DNA of 64,000 nucleotides from a virus. The stretch spans positions 1 through 64,000 of the IMG/VR virus record IMGVR_UViG_3300007255_000001, one strand, 5' to 3'. The notes below the pieces were generated by a model that did no database searches, was not told where the DNA came from, and was given only the letters and a program-made list of their open reading frames with translations. The translations under genes were made by a program, and so were the position numbers. Below are positions 18,155-27,463 of the stretch, piece by piece. Position 1 is the first letter of the stretch. The number at the start of each line of letters is the position of its first letter.

Positions 18155-19759
18155 ATGGGTGCGTTTGAGGGGCTGCTCTCCGGCTTCGCCGGACGCAAGG
18201 CGGAGGTCGAAGCCTACAACCTCGACGAAGCGCACCGCGCGCAGCAGCGCGAAGGGAAGATCCTCGACGCGCTGATCAATTCACCGGACCCCGAGATCAA
18301 GTCGATGGCCGTCGCGGGCCTGCTCCACTCCGCCCAGCCGCAGAAGCGGAAGGGCGGGCTGCGCGGCTGGATCGGGGAGATGCAGGAGAGCCCGTACCTG
18401 GAGCAGATCCGCGGGCTCGTGCAGACGCCGCGGACGGTGATGGAGCCGACCGCGACCGGAACGACGCTGCCTTCGGTGCAGACGAGCGGGTACTTGTCCA
18501 CGCCGCCGGGCCAGGAGTCGTCGATGGCGCAGCCCTCGACCTCACCAACCGAGGTGGGGGCGCCGCCGCCCAGCCCTGTGGAAACCCGGCTGCAGTCCAC
18601 ACCGTCGGCGGGGATCACTACCTACACGGATCGCCCGGTGCTCCGGCCCCGCGAGGTCTTCCGGACGCCCGAGGAACAGACGCGCCTGACCAAGACCGCC
18701 ACCGCGCAGGGCACCGTCGAGGGCGAGGTCGCCGGGCTCACCACGGCTCTGGGAGGGACCCCTGAAGCGGCGGCGCGTGCCCGAGACCTCATCGCGAAGA
18801 AGTACGAGCGGCTCCACGGGGGCGGAGCGGGGGGCGGTTATCAGTCCACCCCTGGAGAGATCACCGACCCCGAGACGGGCCAGCCCTCCCGAGTCTACGG
18901 AGCCTTCGACAAGACGCGGGGGCAGTACATCGGCACCGATCCCGACTCTCCGTATTATGGGATCCCGATCCCGGGGTTCATTCCGCGCACCACAGGGGCG
19001 GGCCTCACCCCGGAGCAGGCCGGCGCACGGGCGACGGCCGTCACGGTGGCGCGAGGCGCGGCGGCGGCGGGCGTGCCGCTCTCCACGAGTCAGCGCTTCG
19101 ACAAGACCGAGAAGCTCGCTGGGGACTGGCAGAAGATCCAGGCGCCCACCCGCGAGATGCAGCGGCAGTTCCAACTGATGCAGACCGGGCTGAAGCGCTT
19201 CAACGAGGGCGACAAGATCGGCGGGTCGCAGGCGGTCCTGGTGACCTTCCAGAAGATCCTCGACCCGAGCTCGGTGGTGCGGGAGAGTGAGTACGCGCGC
19301 TCAGGCGAAGGGCTCTCGCTCGCGAGCCGGCTTGAAGGCTACATTCAGCGCCTCAAGGAAGGCGGCGCCGGGGTGCCGCCCGCGGAGCTCGCGGCGATGG
19401 TCGAAACCGGCCGGCAGTTCCTCGCGGGGCTGCAGACCTGGAATGACGCCGAGCGGAAACGGATCGAAGGGACCGCACAAGGGTACGGGATCGATCCGGG
19501 GCAGATCTTCGCGGCGCCGAGCGGCGTCGGGACGGCGCCGCCTCCCCCTGGTGGGGCCACCGTGCCGGCACCTGGAGCGGCGCCGCCTCCTGCAACGGTA
19601 GCAGGCACCACGCCGCCCGGCCCGTTTCAGGCGGGGGCGATTCGCCCTGCGCCGTCGCACGGCGCGGCGCCTCCGGCCGGCGGCGGGATCAACGCGCCGA
19701 TCCCGGGCTGGCAGGTCGACCTCGATACCGGGAAACTGGTCGCCATGCCGGGGCGTTAG
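18155..19759 (+). CDS. Internal virion/ejection protein candidate (gp15-like position)
   Basis: 534-aa ORF 3 nt after the previous gene, with a Pro/Ala-rich C-terminus. Confidence 0.5.
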   Translation: MGAFEGLLSGFAGRKAEVEAYNLDEAHRAQQREGKILDALINSPDPEIKSMAVAGLLHSAQPQKRKGGLRGWIGEMQESPYLEQIRGLVQTPRTVMEPTATGTTLPSVQTSGYLSTPPGQESSMAQPSTSPTEVGAPPPSPVETRLQSTPSAGITTYTDRPVLRPREVFRTPEEQTRLTKTATAQGTVEGEVAGLTTALGGTPEAAARARDLIAKKYERLHGGGAGGGYQSTPGEITDPETGQPSRVYGAFDKTRGQYIGTDPDSPYYGIPIPGFIPRTTGAGLTPEQAGARATAVTVARGAAAAGVPLSTSQRFDKTEKLAGDWQKIQAPTREMQRQFQLMQTGLKRFNEGDKIGGSQAVLVTFQKILDPSSVVRESEYARSGEGLSLASRLEGYIQRLKEGGAGVPPAELAAMVETGRQFLAGLQTWNDAERKRIEGTAQGYGIDPGQIFAAPSGVGTAPPPPGGATVPAPGAAPPPATVAGTTPPGPFQAGAIRPAPSHGAAPPAGGGINAPIPGWQVDLDTGKLVAMPGR

Positions 19760-22516
19760 ATGCCCACCCGCCCAGCCACACTCTATGACGTGATCACCTC
19801 AGAGGCGCAAGCGGCGAAGGTGCCGCCCGAGCTCGCCCTCGCCGTCGCCCAGACCGAGTCGAACTTCGATCCCCGCAAGACGTCGCCGAAGGGCGCGCAG
19901 GGGATCTTCCAGCTCATGCCGGACACCGCGAAGGAGCAGGGCGTCGACCCGGCCGATCCCGTCCAGAACATCCGCGGCGGGGTGCGCTACCTCCGTAAGC
20001 AGCTCGAAGCCTCCGGCGGGAACGTCGAGCAAGCGCTCGCCCGCTACAACTTCGGCCCGGGGAACGTCGCCAAGGGGCGCCCGCTCCCGAAGGAAACGCA
20101 GGGCTACATCCAGAAGGTCCAGCAGGAGACCGACTTCCGGCAGTGGTACGGGCAGCACGCCACCCAGCGCCAGCTCGACCCGAACCCAGACGCCCCCGAG
20201 CACTTCTACGACTACCGCGCCGCCCATGCCGCCGGGGCGGAGCCGGATGAGACCGGGCACTGGCCGAGCCAGTTCAAGCGGGAGGGCCATCCGAACCTCG
20301 TCATCAATGGGATCGATACGCGGACGGGCCAGCCTGCCGCCGCGGCGGCCGCCCAGCCCGAGGAGGGACCCCCCGCCGTCGGGCAGCCACCGCCCGCGCC
20401 CGAGGAGAAGGGCTGGTTCCGCTCGATGCTGGAGAGCTTCGATCCACGCACACCGGAAGGTCGCCGCAACCTCGCCGGGGGCGCGGGGGCGGCCATCGGT
20501 GCGGGCCTTGCACCCGAAACCGGGGGGCTCAGCTTTCTCATCCCCGTGCTGGGGGCGGCACTCGGGGGATCCGTCGCGGAGACGGGTGAGCAGGTCGTGG
20601 GCACCCCACCCCCAGGCCAGACCGGACTCGATTACGGCAAGATCGCCGCAGCCGGCGGGGAGCAGGGCCTCTACGAAACCGGAGGGCAGGCGCTGATGTG
20701 GCCGCTGCGCGCGGTCGGCAAGCGCCTCGTCGCCGGGCGGGTGGGACGGGCGGCCGCGCAGCACCTCAGCCGAGCGAAGGAAGCGCTGTCCTCCCAGTTG
20801 CAGGCTGGGGTCGATGCTGCGTCACAACTCCTCCAGAAGACGCGCACCACCAGTCGCCAAGGCGTCGTCGCCGCCGGGGAGGCCGGACGGACCGGCGTGC
20901 AGGCCGCGGAAGCGCAAGCGGCCGCCGGGGCGACGCAGGCGGCGAAGCCCTACGAGGCCCTGGTTGGTGCGCCTCCTCCCACCGCCGAGGCGGGCCGCGC
21001 CGCGAACCGGGTCATCCAGGAAGGGGGCGCAGCCCGCGCGCGGGATCAGCTTGGGCAGGCGGTGACCAAGGCGGCCGAGTCGGGGCCGGACGTCGACATC
21101 ACCGCGCTCAAGGCCGAGGCGCGACGGATCCTCAGTGAAGAGATCACGCCCCCACAGACGGCCTTCCCGCGGAAGCCGGTCGCGGGGGCGGGCGAAGCGG
21201 CGGCCGCTGAAGCGGGAGTCAACCCGCAGACCTTGCAGATGCTCCAGCAGCGCGCGAACGCGGGGGATGCCCAGGCGACGACGAGCCTCGCGGACATTCA
21301 GGCGGCGATGGGCGCCGCGCAGGGTGCCGCACAGCAGGACGTCCTCAGACACCCGGCGATGGGGGTGCTGAACCGGATCCTCAACGCGGAGGACAAGGTC
21401 CCCTTCGCGGCCGCCCACGGCTTCAAGCGGGAGCTCGACGAGGCGGTCGGCTCCGCAGTGGACCGCACGGTACAGAAGCGCGTCACCAACATCACGAAGT
21501 CTCTCCGGGGACAGCTCCGCGAAGGGCTCGCCGTCCATGAGCCCTACAACGCCGCCACCGCCGCCTACGCCCAAGTCGCTCCGCTCTACACCAAAGGGAT
21601 GGCGCCACGGCTGCGGAAGCTCGCAGTCGAATCCCCCGAGGCGATCGTCCGGATGATCAGCCCGACCAAACCGACCCACCTGCGGATGCTCCAGGACCTC
21701 CTCCTGCATCAAGCGGCGGAGGGTGGCGACGCAGCCGGTGGACAGGCGGCGTGGGACGGGGTCCGCTCCGCCTGGACCCACGACAAGGTGGTGAGTGGGG
21801 GGATCGAGAAGCTGGGCGATCGCCTCCGCGCGCTCGAAGCGAAGCCGGAGTTCCACTCCGTGATGTACGGGGATCAGACCGGCACACAAGTCTGGGAGAA
21901 CCTCAAGACGGTCGATGCCGCCTACCGCAGTGCCGTCGAGCACGGGAACCTCAGGGTCGAGGCGGCGCAGACGGCCGGACGGCAGGGTCGGCAAGCGGCG
22001 CGGGAAGCCGGCGCAACGGCCGTGGAGGTGGCGAAAGAGGGTGTCGCGGGGGCGAAGCGGGCGCAGGTCGAAGGACTCCAGCCGATCGCGGCGGAGACGC
22101 AACGGCTCGCCGAGTCGTCGCTCGCGCCCTCGATGCAGAAGGGCGCCGCCGCCCGAGCGGGGATGGACGCCCTTCGACTCTATGCGCTCGGACCGGCGCG
22201 GCTCGGCGGCGGGATCTCCGGTGCCCGATTGCTCCGAGGGCCAACAGCCGATGATCTGATCACATGGGCCATCTACTCGCCGAAGGGCACTCGGCAACTG
22301 GTCAACGCCCTGACCTCGAAGCAGCCGGCGCTGGCGCTGGCGGATCTGGCGCGGACCTCCGGGATCCTCGGCCCCTCGACCCAGTATCTCCTCGGCCGAC
22401 CGCCGGGGCCGAAGCAGGGCACCGAGCCGGGGACGCCCCCACCGCAGCCGCTCCCCCCGGGCGAGATCTCCCTGACGATGCGGAGCCGGCCGTCAGTAGG
22501 CACGCCCCCGCCGTGA
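19760..22516 (+). CDS. Ejection/internal virion protein with an N-terminal lytic transglycosylase (SLT, GH23) domain
   Basis: SLT motifs AQTESNFDP ... AQGIFQLMPDTA ... YNFGPGN lie in the first ~110 aa. A ~800-aa Ala/Gln-rich helical region follows. This is the T7 gp16-like architecture. Confidence 0.8.
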   Translation: MPTRPATLYDVITSEAQAAKVPPELALAVAQTESNFDPRKTSPKGAQGIFQLMPDTAKEQGVDPADPVQNIRGGVRYLRKQLEASGGNVEQALARYNFGPGNVAKGRPLPKETQGYIQKVQQETDFRQWYGQHATQRQLDPNPDAPEHFYDYRAAHAAGAEPDETGHWPSQFKREGHPNLVINGIDTRTGQPAAAAAAQPEEGPPAVGQPPPAPEEKGWFRSMLESFDPRTPEGRRNLAGGAGAAIGAGLAPETGGLSFLIPVLGAALGGSVAETGEQVVGTPPPGQTGLDYGKIAAAGGEQGLYETGGQALMWPLRAVGKRLVAGRVGRAAAQHLSRAKEALSSQLQAGVDAASQLLQKTRTTSRQGVVAAGEAGRTGVQAAEAQAAAGATQAAKPYEALVGAPPPTAEAGRAANRVIQEGGAARARDQLGQAVTKAAESGPDVDITALKAEARRILSEEITPPQTAFPRKPVAGAGEAAAAEAGVNPQTLQMLQQRANAGDAQATTSLADIQAAMGAAQGAAQQDVLRHPAMGVLNRILNAEDKVPFAAAHGFKRELDEAVGSAVDRTVQKRVTNITKSLRGQLREGLAVHEPYNAATAAYAQVAPLYTKGMAPRLRKLAVESPEAIVRMISPTKPTHLRMLQDLLLHQAAEGGDAAGGQAAWDGVRSAWTHDKVVSGGIEKLGDRLRALEAKPEFHSVMYGDQTGTQVWENLKTVDAAYRSAVEHGNLRVEAAQTAGRQGRQAAREAGATAVEVAKEGVAGAKRAQVEGLQPIAAETQRLAESSLAPSMQKGAAARAGMDALRLYALGPARLGGGISGARLLRGPTADDLITWAIYSPKGTRQLVNALTSKQPALALADLARTSGILGPSTQYLLGRPPGPKQGTEPGTPPPQPLPPGEISLTMRSRPSVGTPPP

Positions 22517-22734
22517 GCGGCTGGACCGTCGCGTGGCTCCTCTGGCTCGCGATGTTCGGCTGTATCGAAGGGCCGGCGATCTTCAACAAGGTGCCGGGCG
22601 ACACCCTCAGCGAGCACGTCTGGCAGTGGTTCTCGATCCTCAACAAAGCCCCGCAGTGGCGGGTCCGGCGGTTCGCCCTACTCGCGTTCCTGGCGTGGCT
22701 CGTCGCCCACTTTCTCACCGGCGGGGAGTTTTAG
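22513..22734 (+). CDS. Small two-TM membrane protein
   Basis: The GTG at 22513 overlaps the upstream TGA (GTGA). The 73-aa product has hydrophobic segments WTVAWLLWLAMFG and FALLAFLAWLVAHFL and a GDTLSEHVW motif. Confidence 0.5.
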   Translation: MSGWTVAWLLWLAMFGCIEGPAIFNKVPGDTLSEHVWQWFSILNKAPQWRVRRFALLAFLAWLVAHFLTGGEF

Positions 22735-23043
22735 GCCGAGCTGACGGACCGCCTCGCGATCCGCCTGCAGCGCTTTGATCTCGTCTTCAAGGGTCCGGAT
22801 CCGCTTCGTCACCTGGACTTGATACTTCACCACCGCCTCTTCTGGCGTGAGGCCGAACCACCTCTCAATCTCCTTGGGCTTATACTTGGACCCCGAGGCC
22901 GCGGCCGCGGGGTCAGCGCGAGCAAGGGGCCGGACGTGGGACCGCGGCGACACGTCGTACGCGGCGACGGCGAAGCGGCTCGTCTGGAAGTTCTGAACGA
23001 CCCGGTACATCCGGGTCCAGGTCACGCCCCGGCGGCCCATCAT
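22678..23043 (-). CDS. Hypothetical protein (last gene of the leftward operon)
   Basis: 121-aa ORF with an ATGA overlap with 23040..23447. Its 3' end overlaps the convergent gene 22513..22734. Confidence 0.5.
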   Translation of the reverse strand: MMGRRGVTWTRMYRVVQNFQTSRFAVAAYDVSPRSHVRPLARADPAAAASGSKYKPKEIERWFGLTPEEAVVKYQVQVTKRIRTLEDEIKALQADREAVRQLGLKLPAGEKVGDEPRQERE

Positions 23044-23447
23044 TCCCCTGCCGCCTTCTTCTGGAAGGGGACGAACCCCTTCGCCTGCCGCGTCTTCGCC
23101 TGCGCCTTCGCGAGTCGCTTGCGCGCCTGGGACGTCAGGCTGTCTCGCTGCCGGGCGATGAGGTCGGCGACCTTCGGGGGTAGGACCAGCCGGACCGTCC
23201 CCTCGCGCCCGGTGACCTGGAGCGTCACGTAGAACTGCGGCTTCGACTTGGTCTCGTCGCGGGCGTCGGGGACGGCGGTGCGGAAGGACCGCACGATGTA
23301 GGTCTTGCTCCCACCGAGGCCGAACAAGGGGACCGCCTGGATGGGCGCCGGTCGGGTCGAGAGCGTGCCTCGCGCACGGGCGAGGTCGTCGAGCGTCTTG
23401 TCGTACTCGTCGGGGAGTAGGGTCGAGGGTTGGTCCTGATCAGGCAT
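23040..23447 (-). CDS. Hypothetical basic protein
   Basis: The ATG at 23447 is preceded by GGAGG and by a near-consensus promoter. 135 aa with a Lys/Arg-rich C-terminus. Confidence 0.6.
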   Translation of the reverse strand: MPDQDQPSTLLPDEYDKTLDDLARARGTLSTRPAPIQAVPLFGLGGSKTYIVRSFRTAVPDARDETKSKPQFYVTLQVTGREGTVRLVLPPKVADLIARQRDSLTSQARKRLAKAQAKTRQAKGFVPFQKKAAGE

Positions 23448-23465
23448 CGGGCACCTCCACCAGTG

Positions 23466-23494
23466 ATCATAGCACAACGGTGAGATGGTGTCAA
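23466..23494 (-). promoter_or_regulatory. Sigma70-type promoter (TTGACA-17 nt-TATGAT)
   Basis: Minus strand reads TTGACA CCATCTCACCGTTGTGC TATGAT, then an 18-nt leader with GGAGG before the ATG at 23447. GGTGCGACCGTG lies just upstream of the -35. Confidence 0.65.
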
Positions 23495-23513
23495 GTTGCA
23501 CACGGTCGCACCG

Positions 23514-26500
23514 TCAGACCGCCCGCTGCAGATCCGACCAGTCTTCCTCATCCTCCGCCTCCATCGGCGTGCTCACCCACTCCGCATCATAGCCCGGCAC
23601 CGGGATCGGCGTCATCGCCGCCCAGTCGTCCCCGGCCTTCGCTGAGATCCCGATCGTCAAGTAGCTCCCCAGGCCCCAGCTCTCCGGGATCGGCTGCTCC
23701 AGGATCGGCCGCTGCATCTCGTGGAACACGATCGGGCAGACCCGGTCCCACTGGGTGAGCGGGATCTCCAAGAGGAGGGAGTCGTGGATCGGCGCGCGCA
23801 AGGGCGTTCGCCCGAAGTAGCAATCGCCGATATAGCTCGGGCTCGCCGGGTCCCCCAGCAGACGCAGCCCCGCTTCCTTGAGGTTCCCCGCCCCGATACT
23901 CTGCGGCTTGAAGGCGAGGGCGCGGTTCGCGTCCGGCCCCGGCCCGACGCGGAACGCCTGATCATTGATATAGATCACCGGCGGCTTCGTCCCGGCGCGC
24001 TGGTGCTTCGCGATCAGGCGGAGTTCCTGACTCCGCGTGAGCCGCTTGTACACATAGACCGCCCAGAACCAGTGCCGGTACGTATAGGGGTGATCCCCCG
24101 CGCCGCCGAGGTAATGCTCCTTGCTGGCGCGCTCCTGGATGGCGTGCTGCCAGTCGTCAACCCGCGGGGCGAGCTGCCGGAAGAACCGGGTGTACTTCAC
24201 CGCGGTCGCTTCATCGGGGAAGAGATCCGGGTACTGGCGGACCATCCCGGGAATCGTGATCCCATACGCCTTCGCGTGGTTGTAATGCTTGCAGGAGTCG
24301 TACGGTTTGGCGAGCCGCTCGTCCTGCTTAAGCTCCTTGAGATACCCGATGATCTGCGCCTCGGGCCAGGAGGGATCGTAGGGGCGCCCCAGGACGTGAC
24401 TGAGGAGCGCCGCGTGCAGCCCCCGCTTCGCGTTCCGGATGAACTCAGGATCCTGCGCGCAGACCCCGACCTGGATGCTCTCGATCCCCGCGTAGTCGAC
24501 TTCCAGCAGCCGACACCCGGGGCTCGCCACAATGCACCGGCGGAACCCCGCGGCGAGCGTCGCGCGTCCGCCTGCGGCGACCCCCTTGTCCGCGACGACG
24601 TTGGTGATGTTCGGATCCACATAGCTCAACCGCATCATCGACGGGCGGAAGGTCGGGACCGGGTGGATGCGGTCCTCGCGATCGAGCCGGCGCTCGGTCC
24701 CTTCGGCGTAGGTCCCCTTGACCTTGTTCACAGCGCGGTAGTCGAGGGTGTGGGTGTAGAAGGGGTCACCGGCGGTCCGTTCGAGACGTTCGAGGGTCTC
24801 GCGGTCGGTGGACTCGATGGTTTTCGACTTCTTCGCGCGGCCGGGGCGGTGCCCTTTGGCTTTGAGGTAGGCGAGGATTTGCTTTGGGCTGTCCGGGTTG
24901 AACGGCTCTTGCCAGAACCAGCGGTGTACGCTCGCAACATCGAGTACGAGATCTGGAGCTTCGCGCGGACCCCCAGCAGGCTGAGTTCGATCTGCTGCGT
25001 CTCGGCAGCGATGCCGTCGAGCAACGTCCACAGCGCCGCAGCTTCGACAGACCAGGACCTCCTTGAGAATGACCCGGTCGACGACGTGCGCTTTGGCATA
25101 GAGCTCCTGTTTGACCTCCGCGACCGCTTTGCCGGCGCGGGGTGTCCCCTTCCGGGTGAACGCCGTGGCCTTGACGTGGAGGACGTCGGCGAGCGGGGGT
25201 TTGGTCAGCCCGCCCTTCGGGGTCAGCGGGCAGACGGTCTCCGGGACACAGAGCTGCAGCGCCTGGAGGCTCGCGCGGGCCTTGGTGACGAGGTCGGCCT
25301 TGAACACCTGCAGCCGCTGCCGATCCACTTTGACCCCGACGAGCTGGGCGGGGCGGAGGACCTTCACGTAATACTCGTGCGTATGGCGGAAGGCGTAGTG
25401 CATCTGTCCGGTCTGCTGGAGGTCATGGTAGAGCCCAAACCCAATCCGGTGCGTCTGCAGCCCATCGATCGCCCCGTAGCGCGGCGGGTCGATTGCCGCG
25501 AGGTGCTTCCAGGCGCCCCAGGTCGAGTAGAACGGCGCCCAGAACCCCAGGCCCATCGGGAGGTCGGACTGGAGCACCTTCGCGAGCCACATCAGGTCGA
25601 CGACCTTGCTCGAGTCCGCTTCGGTCAGGTAGCTGGCGCGCACCAGCCGGATGAAGTCGTAGGTCCGGTTCCACTGCCAGATCGCGCCAGGGGACGCGTA
25701 GAGCTCGCGGAGGAGGCTCCGGTAGGGCTCCTCGTCCGGCACGGTCACCCCCTCGTCGGGGTGACACGCGACGTTCTGGCGGAGGATCTGGAAGCTCTGG
25801 TCGTCGGCGGTGAGTTCGCCTTCGTCCCGCCCGCCCACCTTGTCGGGTGTCTCGACGTCGCTGCTGATCGGGTAGGCGGCGGGATCCTGCTGGCGGGCGG
25901 CGACGACGGTGGCGACCCAGGCGCGAAACCACTCGACCGGTGGATCAATAATCAGGGTCCCCGGGTCAGGGGGTTTCCCACGCGAGCGCGCCTCCTCGGC
26001 CCGTTGCAGATCCCAGAGGACGGTCCCGATCAGGTTGTGCGCGCCCCGCTGCAGGTGGGAGGGGTGGTAGGTCGGCACCACCCAGAAGCGATCGGTCGGG
26101 TCCCGATGGACCGTCCCGTGGAAGTTCTGGACCGTAACGCCCTTGGTGTGCTCCAGGCGGAGAACCCGCTTGATCGCGGTGGCGCCCATCGGGACCACCA
26201 CCGTATGGCCTTCGCTGAGGGTGTGCTCCAAGTAGGGACAGTACCCGATCGCTTCACGGTACCAGGGCGCGCGCTCGTCGAACCAGTCGTTCGGCGGCTG
26301 GCACGAGATCACGTTGTGGATCCGGATCGCGTCGCGGGTCCAGCCGAGGAGATTCAGGAGCCGGGTCAGCATCCCGCCGGCATCGCCCATGAACGGCCGG
26401 CCGGTCGCCGCTTCGACCGCGCCGAGCGCTTCGCCGACCAGAAGCAGCCACGCGGAGGTCGGGCCGTCGGCCGGCGCGAAGCCGTAGCCGCGCTGGAAGA

Positions 26501-26612
26501 GCGTGCATGGGCGGCACGCGTCAGGTTTCGCGAGGAGGGGCACCGGCGAGGGTCTCCGTCGCGATATGCTTCGACCAGCCGACATGGCCGCAGTCGAGAC
26601 AGCGGTACTCAA
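23514..26612 (-). CDS. Family A DNA polymerase with an N-terminal UDG-family-4-like domain and a 3'-5' exonuclease domain
   Basis: UDG-like motifs GEALG ... GRPFMGDAGGML ... HPSHL. Exo I motif SSDVET. Pol motif A LEVDYAGIESIQVG, motif B KHYNHAKAYG and motif C PIHDSLLLE. The start is uncertain (26612 or ATG 26585). Confidence 0.9.
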   Translation of the reverse strand: MSTAVSTAAMSAGRSISRRRPSPVPLLAKPDACRPCTLFQRGYGFAPADGPTSAWLLLVGEALGAVEAATGRPFMGDAGGMLTRLLNLLGWTRDAIRIHNVISCQPPNDWFDERAPWYREAIGYCPYLEHTLSEGHTVVVPMGATAIKRVLRLEHTKGVTVQNFHGTVHRDPTDRFWVVPTYHPSHLQRGAHNLIGTVLWDLQRAEEARSRGKPPDPGTLIIDPPVEWFRAWVATVVAARQQDPAAYPISSDVETPDKVGGRDEGELTADDQSFQILRQNVACHPDEGVTVPDEEPYRSLLRELYASPGAIWQWNRTYDFIRLVRASYLTEADSSKVVDLMWLAKVLQSDLPMGLGFWAPFYSTWGAWKHLAAIDPPRYGAIDGLQTHRIGFGLYHDLQQTGQMHYAFRHTHEYYVKVLRPAQLVGVKVDRQRLQVFKADLVTKARASLQALQLCVPETVCPLTPKGGLTKPPLADVLHVKATAFTRKGTPRAGKAVAEVKQELYAKAHVVDRVILKEVLVCRSCGAVDVARRHRCRDAADRTQPAGGPREAPDLVLDVASVHRWFWQEPFNPDSPKQILAYLKAKGHRPGRAKKSKTIESTDRETLERLERTAGDPFYTHTLDYRAVNKVKGTYAEGTERRLDREDRIHPVPTFRPSMMRLSYVDPNITNVVADKGVAAGGRATLAAGFRRCIVASPGCRLLEVDYAGIESIQVGVCAQDPEFIRNAKRGLHAALLSHVLGRPYDPSWPEAQIIGYLKELKQDERLAKPYDSCKHYNHAKAYGITIPGMVRQYPDLFPDEATAVKYTRFFRQLAPRVDDWQHAIQERASKEHYLGGAGDHPYTYRHWFWAVYVYKRLTRSQELRLIAKHQRAGTKPPVIYINDQAFRVGPGPDANRALAFKPQSIGAGNLKEAGLRLLGDPASPSYIGDCYFGRTPLRAPIHDSLLLEIPLTQWDRVCPIVFHEMQRPILEQPIPESWGLGSYLTIGISAKAGDDWAAMTPIPVPGYDAEWVSTPMEAEDEEDWSDLQRAV

Positions 26613-26796
26613 TCCGGCGGTCGGTGCAGCGGATGCCGCGGTGAGCGGTCTTCAGGGGTTTGGTCCGCCCGGTCGCGACGAGCCGGTAGCCGCGGCGGAA
26701 GTGCACCGCGTCGTGGAAGACGGAGTGGAGGCTCCGCTTGCAGCGGCCGCACTGGAGGTGGTACGGGTAGCCGGTGCCGCCGTTGGTCCCAGGCAT
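26521..26796 (-). CDS. Zinc-ribbon protein
   Basis: 91 aa with CGRC ... H ... and CLDCGH Cys pairs. Its 3' end overlaps the polymerase 5' end. Confidence 0.5.
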   Translation of the reverse strand: MPGTNGGTGYPYHLQCGRCKRSLHSVFHDAVHFRRGYRLVATGRTKPLKTAHRGIRCTDRRIEYRCLDCGHVGWSKHIATETLAGAPPRET

Positions 26797-27176
26797 CAGC
26801 GCTCAGCGAGCGACTGCCCGGTGTTCGGCACCATCTGGACACAGTGGTCGTCCCACAACTCGATCATCTGGAAATCCTTCGTCGCCGTGACTGGGAGGAC
26901 CGCTCCGAGGTGCTCTTGACACCACGCGACGATCAGCTCCCGCTGGTGAGCGGCGAACGCCTCATCGTCGACCGCGATCGTCGACGTCTGCCCACAGCAG
27001 CCGACTCGCGCGGTGAAGATCCGGACGTCCCGCCCGTCAGCAAGCCACGCCTTGACGCGCTCGATCATCCGCGGGATCGGGGCACCGACACGCCAGACGT
27101 CTTCCGGGATCCCTGACCATTCCGCCAGGACGCCGTCTAAGTCGACGCCAATCCACCCGTCCGGCCAGCCGCTCAC
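26796..27176 (-). CDS. HAD-superfamily phosphatase (5'(3')-deoxyribonucleotidase-like)
   Basis: The GTG at 27176 overlaps the upstream TGA (GTGA). HAD motif I is IGVDLDGVLAEW, with a later VRIFTAR motif. The longer track ORF start at 27383 was rejected. Confidence 0.55.
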   Translation of the reverse strand: MSGWPDGWIGVDLDGVLAEWSGIPEDVWRVGAPIPRMIERVKAWLADGRDVRIFTARVGCCGQTSTIAVDDEAFAAHQRELIVAWCQEHLGAVLPVTATKDFQMIELWDDHCVQMVPNTGQSLAER

Positions 27177-27463
27177 CAGTACCTCCGTCGGAAACTCCGA
27201 CTCCGCCGCCCCCCGGTCTTGGTCCCCGCCTCCTGGATGTTCGCCACCGCGCGGCGTTGCCCGGCCGTCACCGTCTGGTACTGCTCGACCGACTCCCGGA
27301 TGCCCATGAGCGTGTCGGCCGCCCACTCGAAGGCCGTGGTCGTCTCCAGCATCTCGTCGTTCTCGCGCGCGAAGGTGTACCACTCCGTCTCCCGAGGGTC
27401 CACCGGCTTCACCGGGCGGATCGGCTCGTCAGAGAGGTTCAGGTCTTCGAGGCGTTTGCCCAT
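27173..27463 (-). CDS. Hypothetical protein with N-terminal MGKRLEDLNLSDEP motif
   Basis: Internal ATG with GAGAGGAAG upstream, 96 aa. The N-terminal peptide resembles that of 39451..40113. Confidence 0.5.
   Translation of the reverse strand: MGKRLEDLNLSDEPIRPVKPVDPRETEWYTFARENDEMLETTTAFEWAADTLMGIRESVEQYQTVTAGQRRAVANIQEAGTKTGGRRSRSFRRRYW

Noticed and set aside
12286-22297. Numerous long minus-strand ORFs across the late region (for example 13795-14898, 14926-16293, 16212-17327, 17312-18235, 19799-20764, 20822-22297)
   Set aside because: All are antisense or alternate frames of plus-strand structural genes that have coherent sequence, coupling and Shine-Dalgarno sites. Their products are low-complexity Arg/Gly/Pro/Asp.
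19760-22516. Tape-measure protein of a long-tailed phage
   Set aside because: It is helical and Ala/Gln-rich like a tape measure. However, the SLT domain is N-terminal. The gene follows two ejection-type proteins rather than tail tube or chaperone genes, and no sheath, tube or assembly-chaperone frameshift pair was seen. A T7 gp16-like ejection protein is favoured, though not proven.
22678-22734. Terminator hairpin between the convergent late and early blocks
   Set aside because: The two convergent ORFs overlap by 57 nt here. I could not find a convincing GC-rich stem followed by a T-run.
23721-27116. 1131-aa ORF on the plus strand
   Set aside because: It is antisense to the well-supported DNA polymerase gene. 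The product is Arg/Gly/Pro-rich with no motifs, a typical shadow ORF of high-GC DNA.
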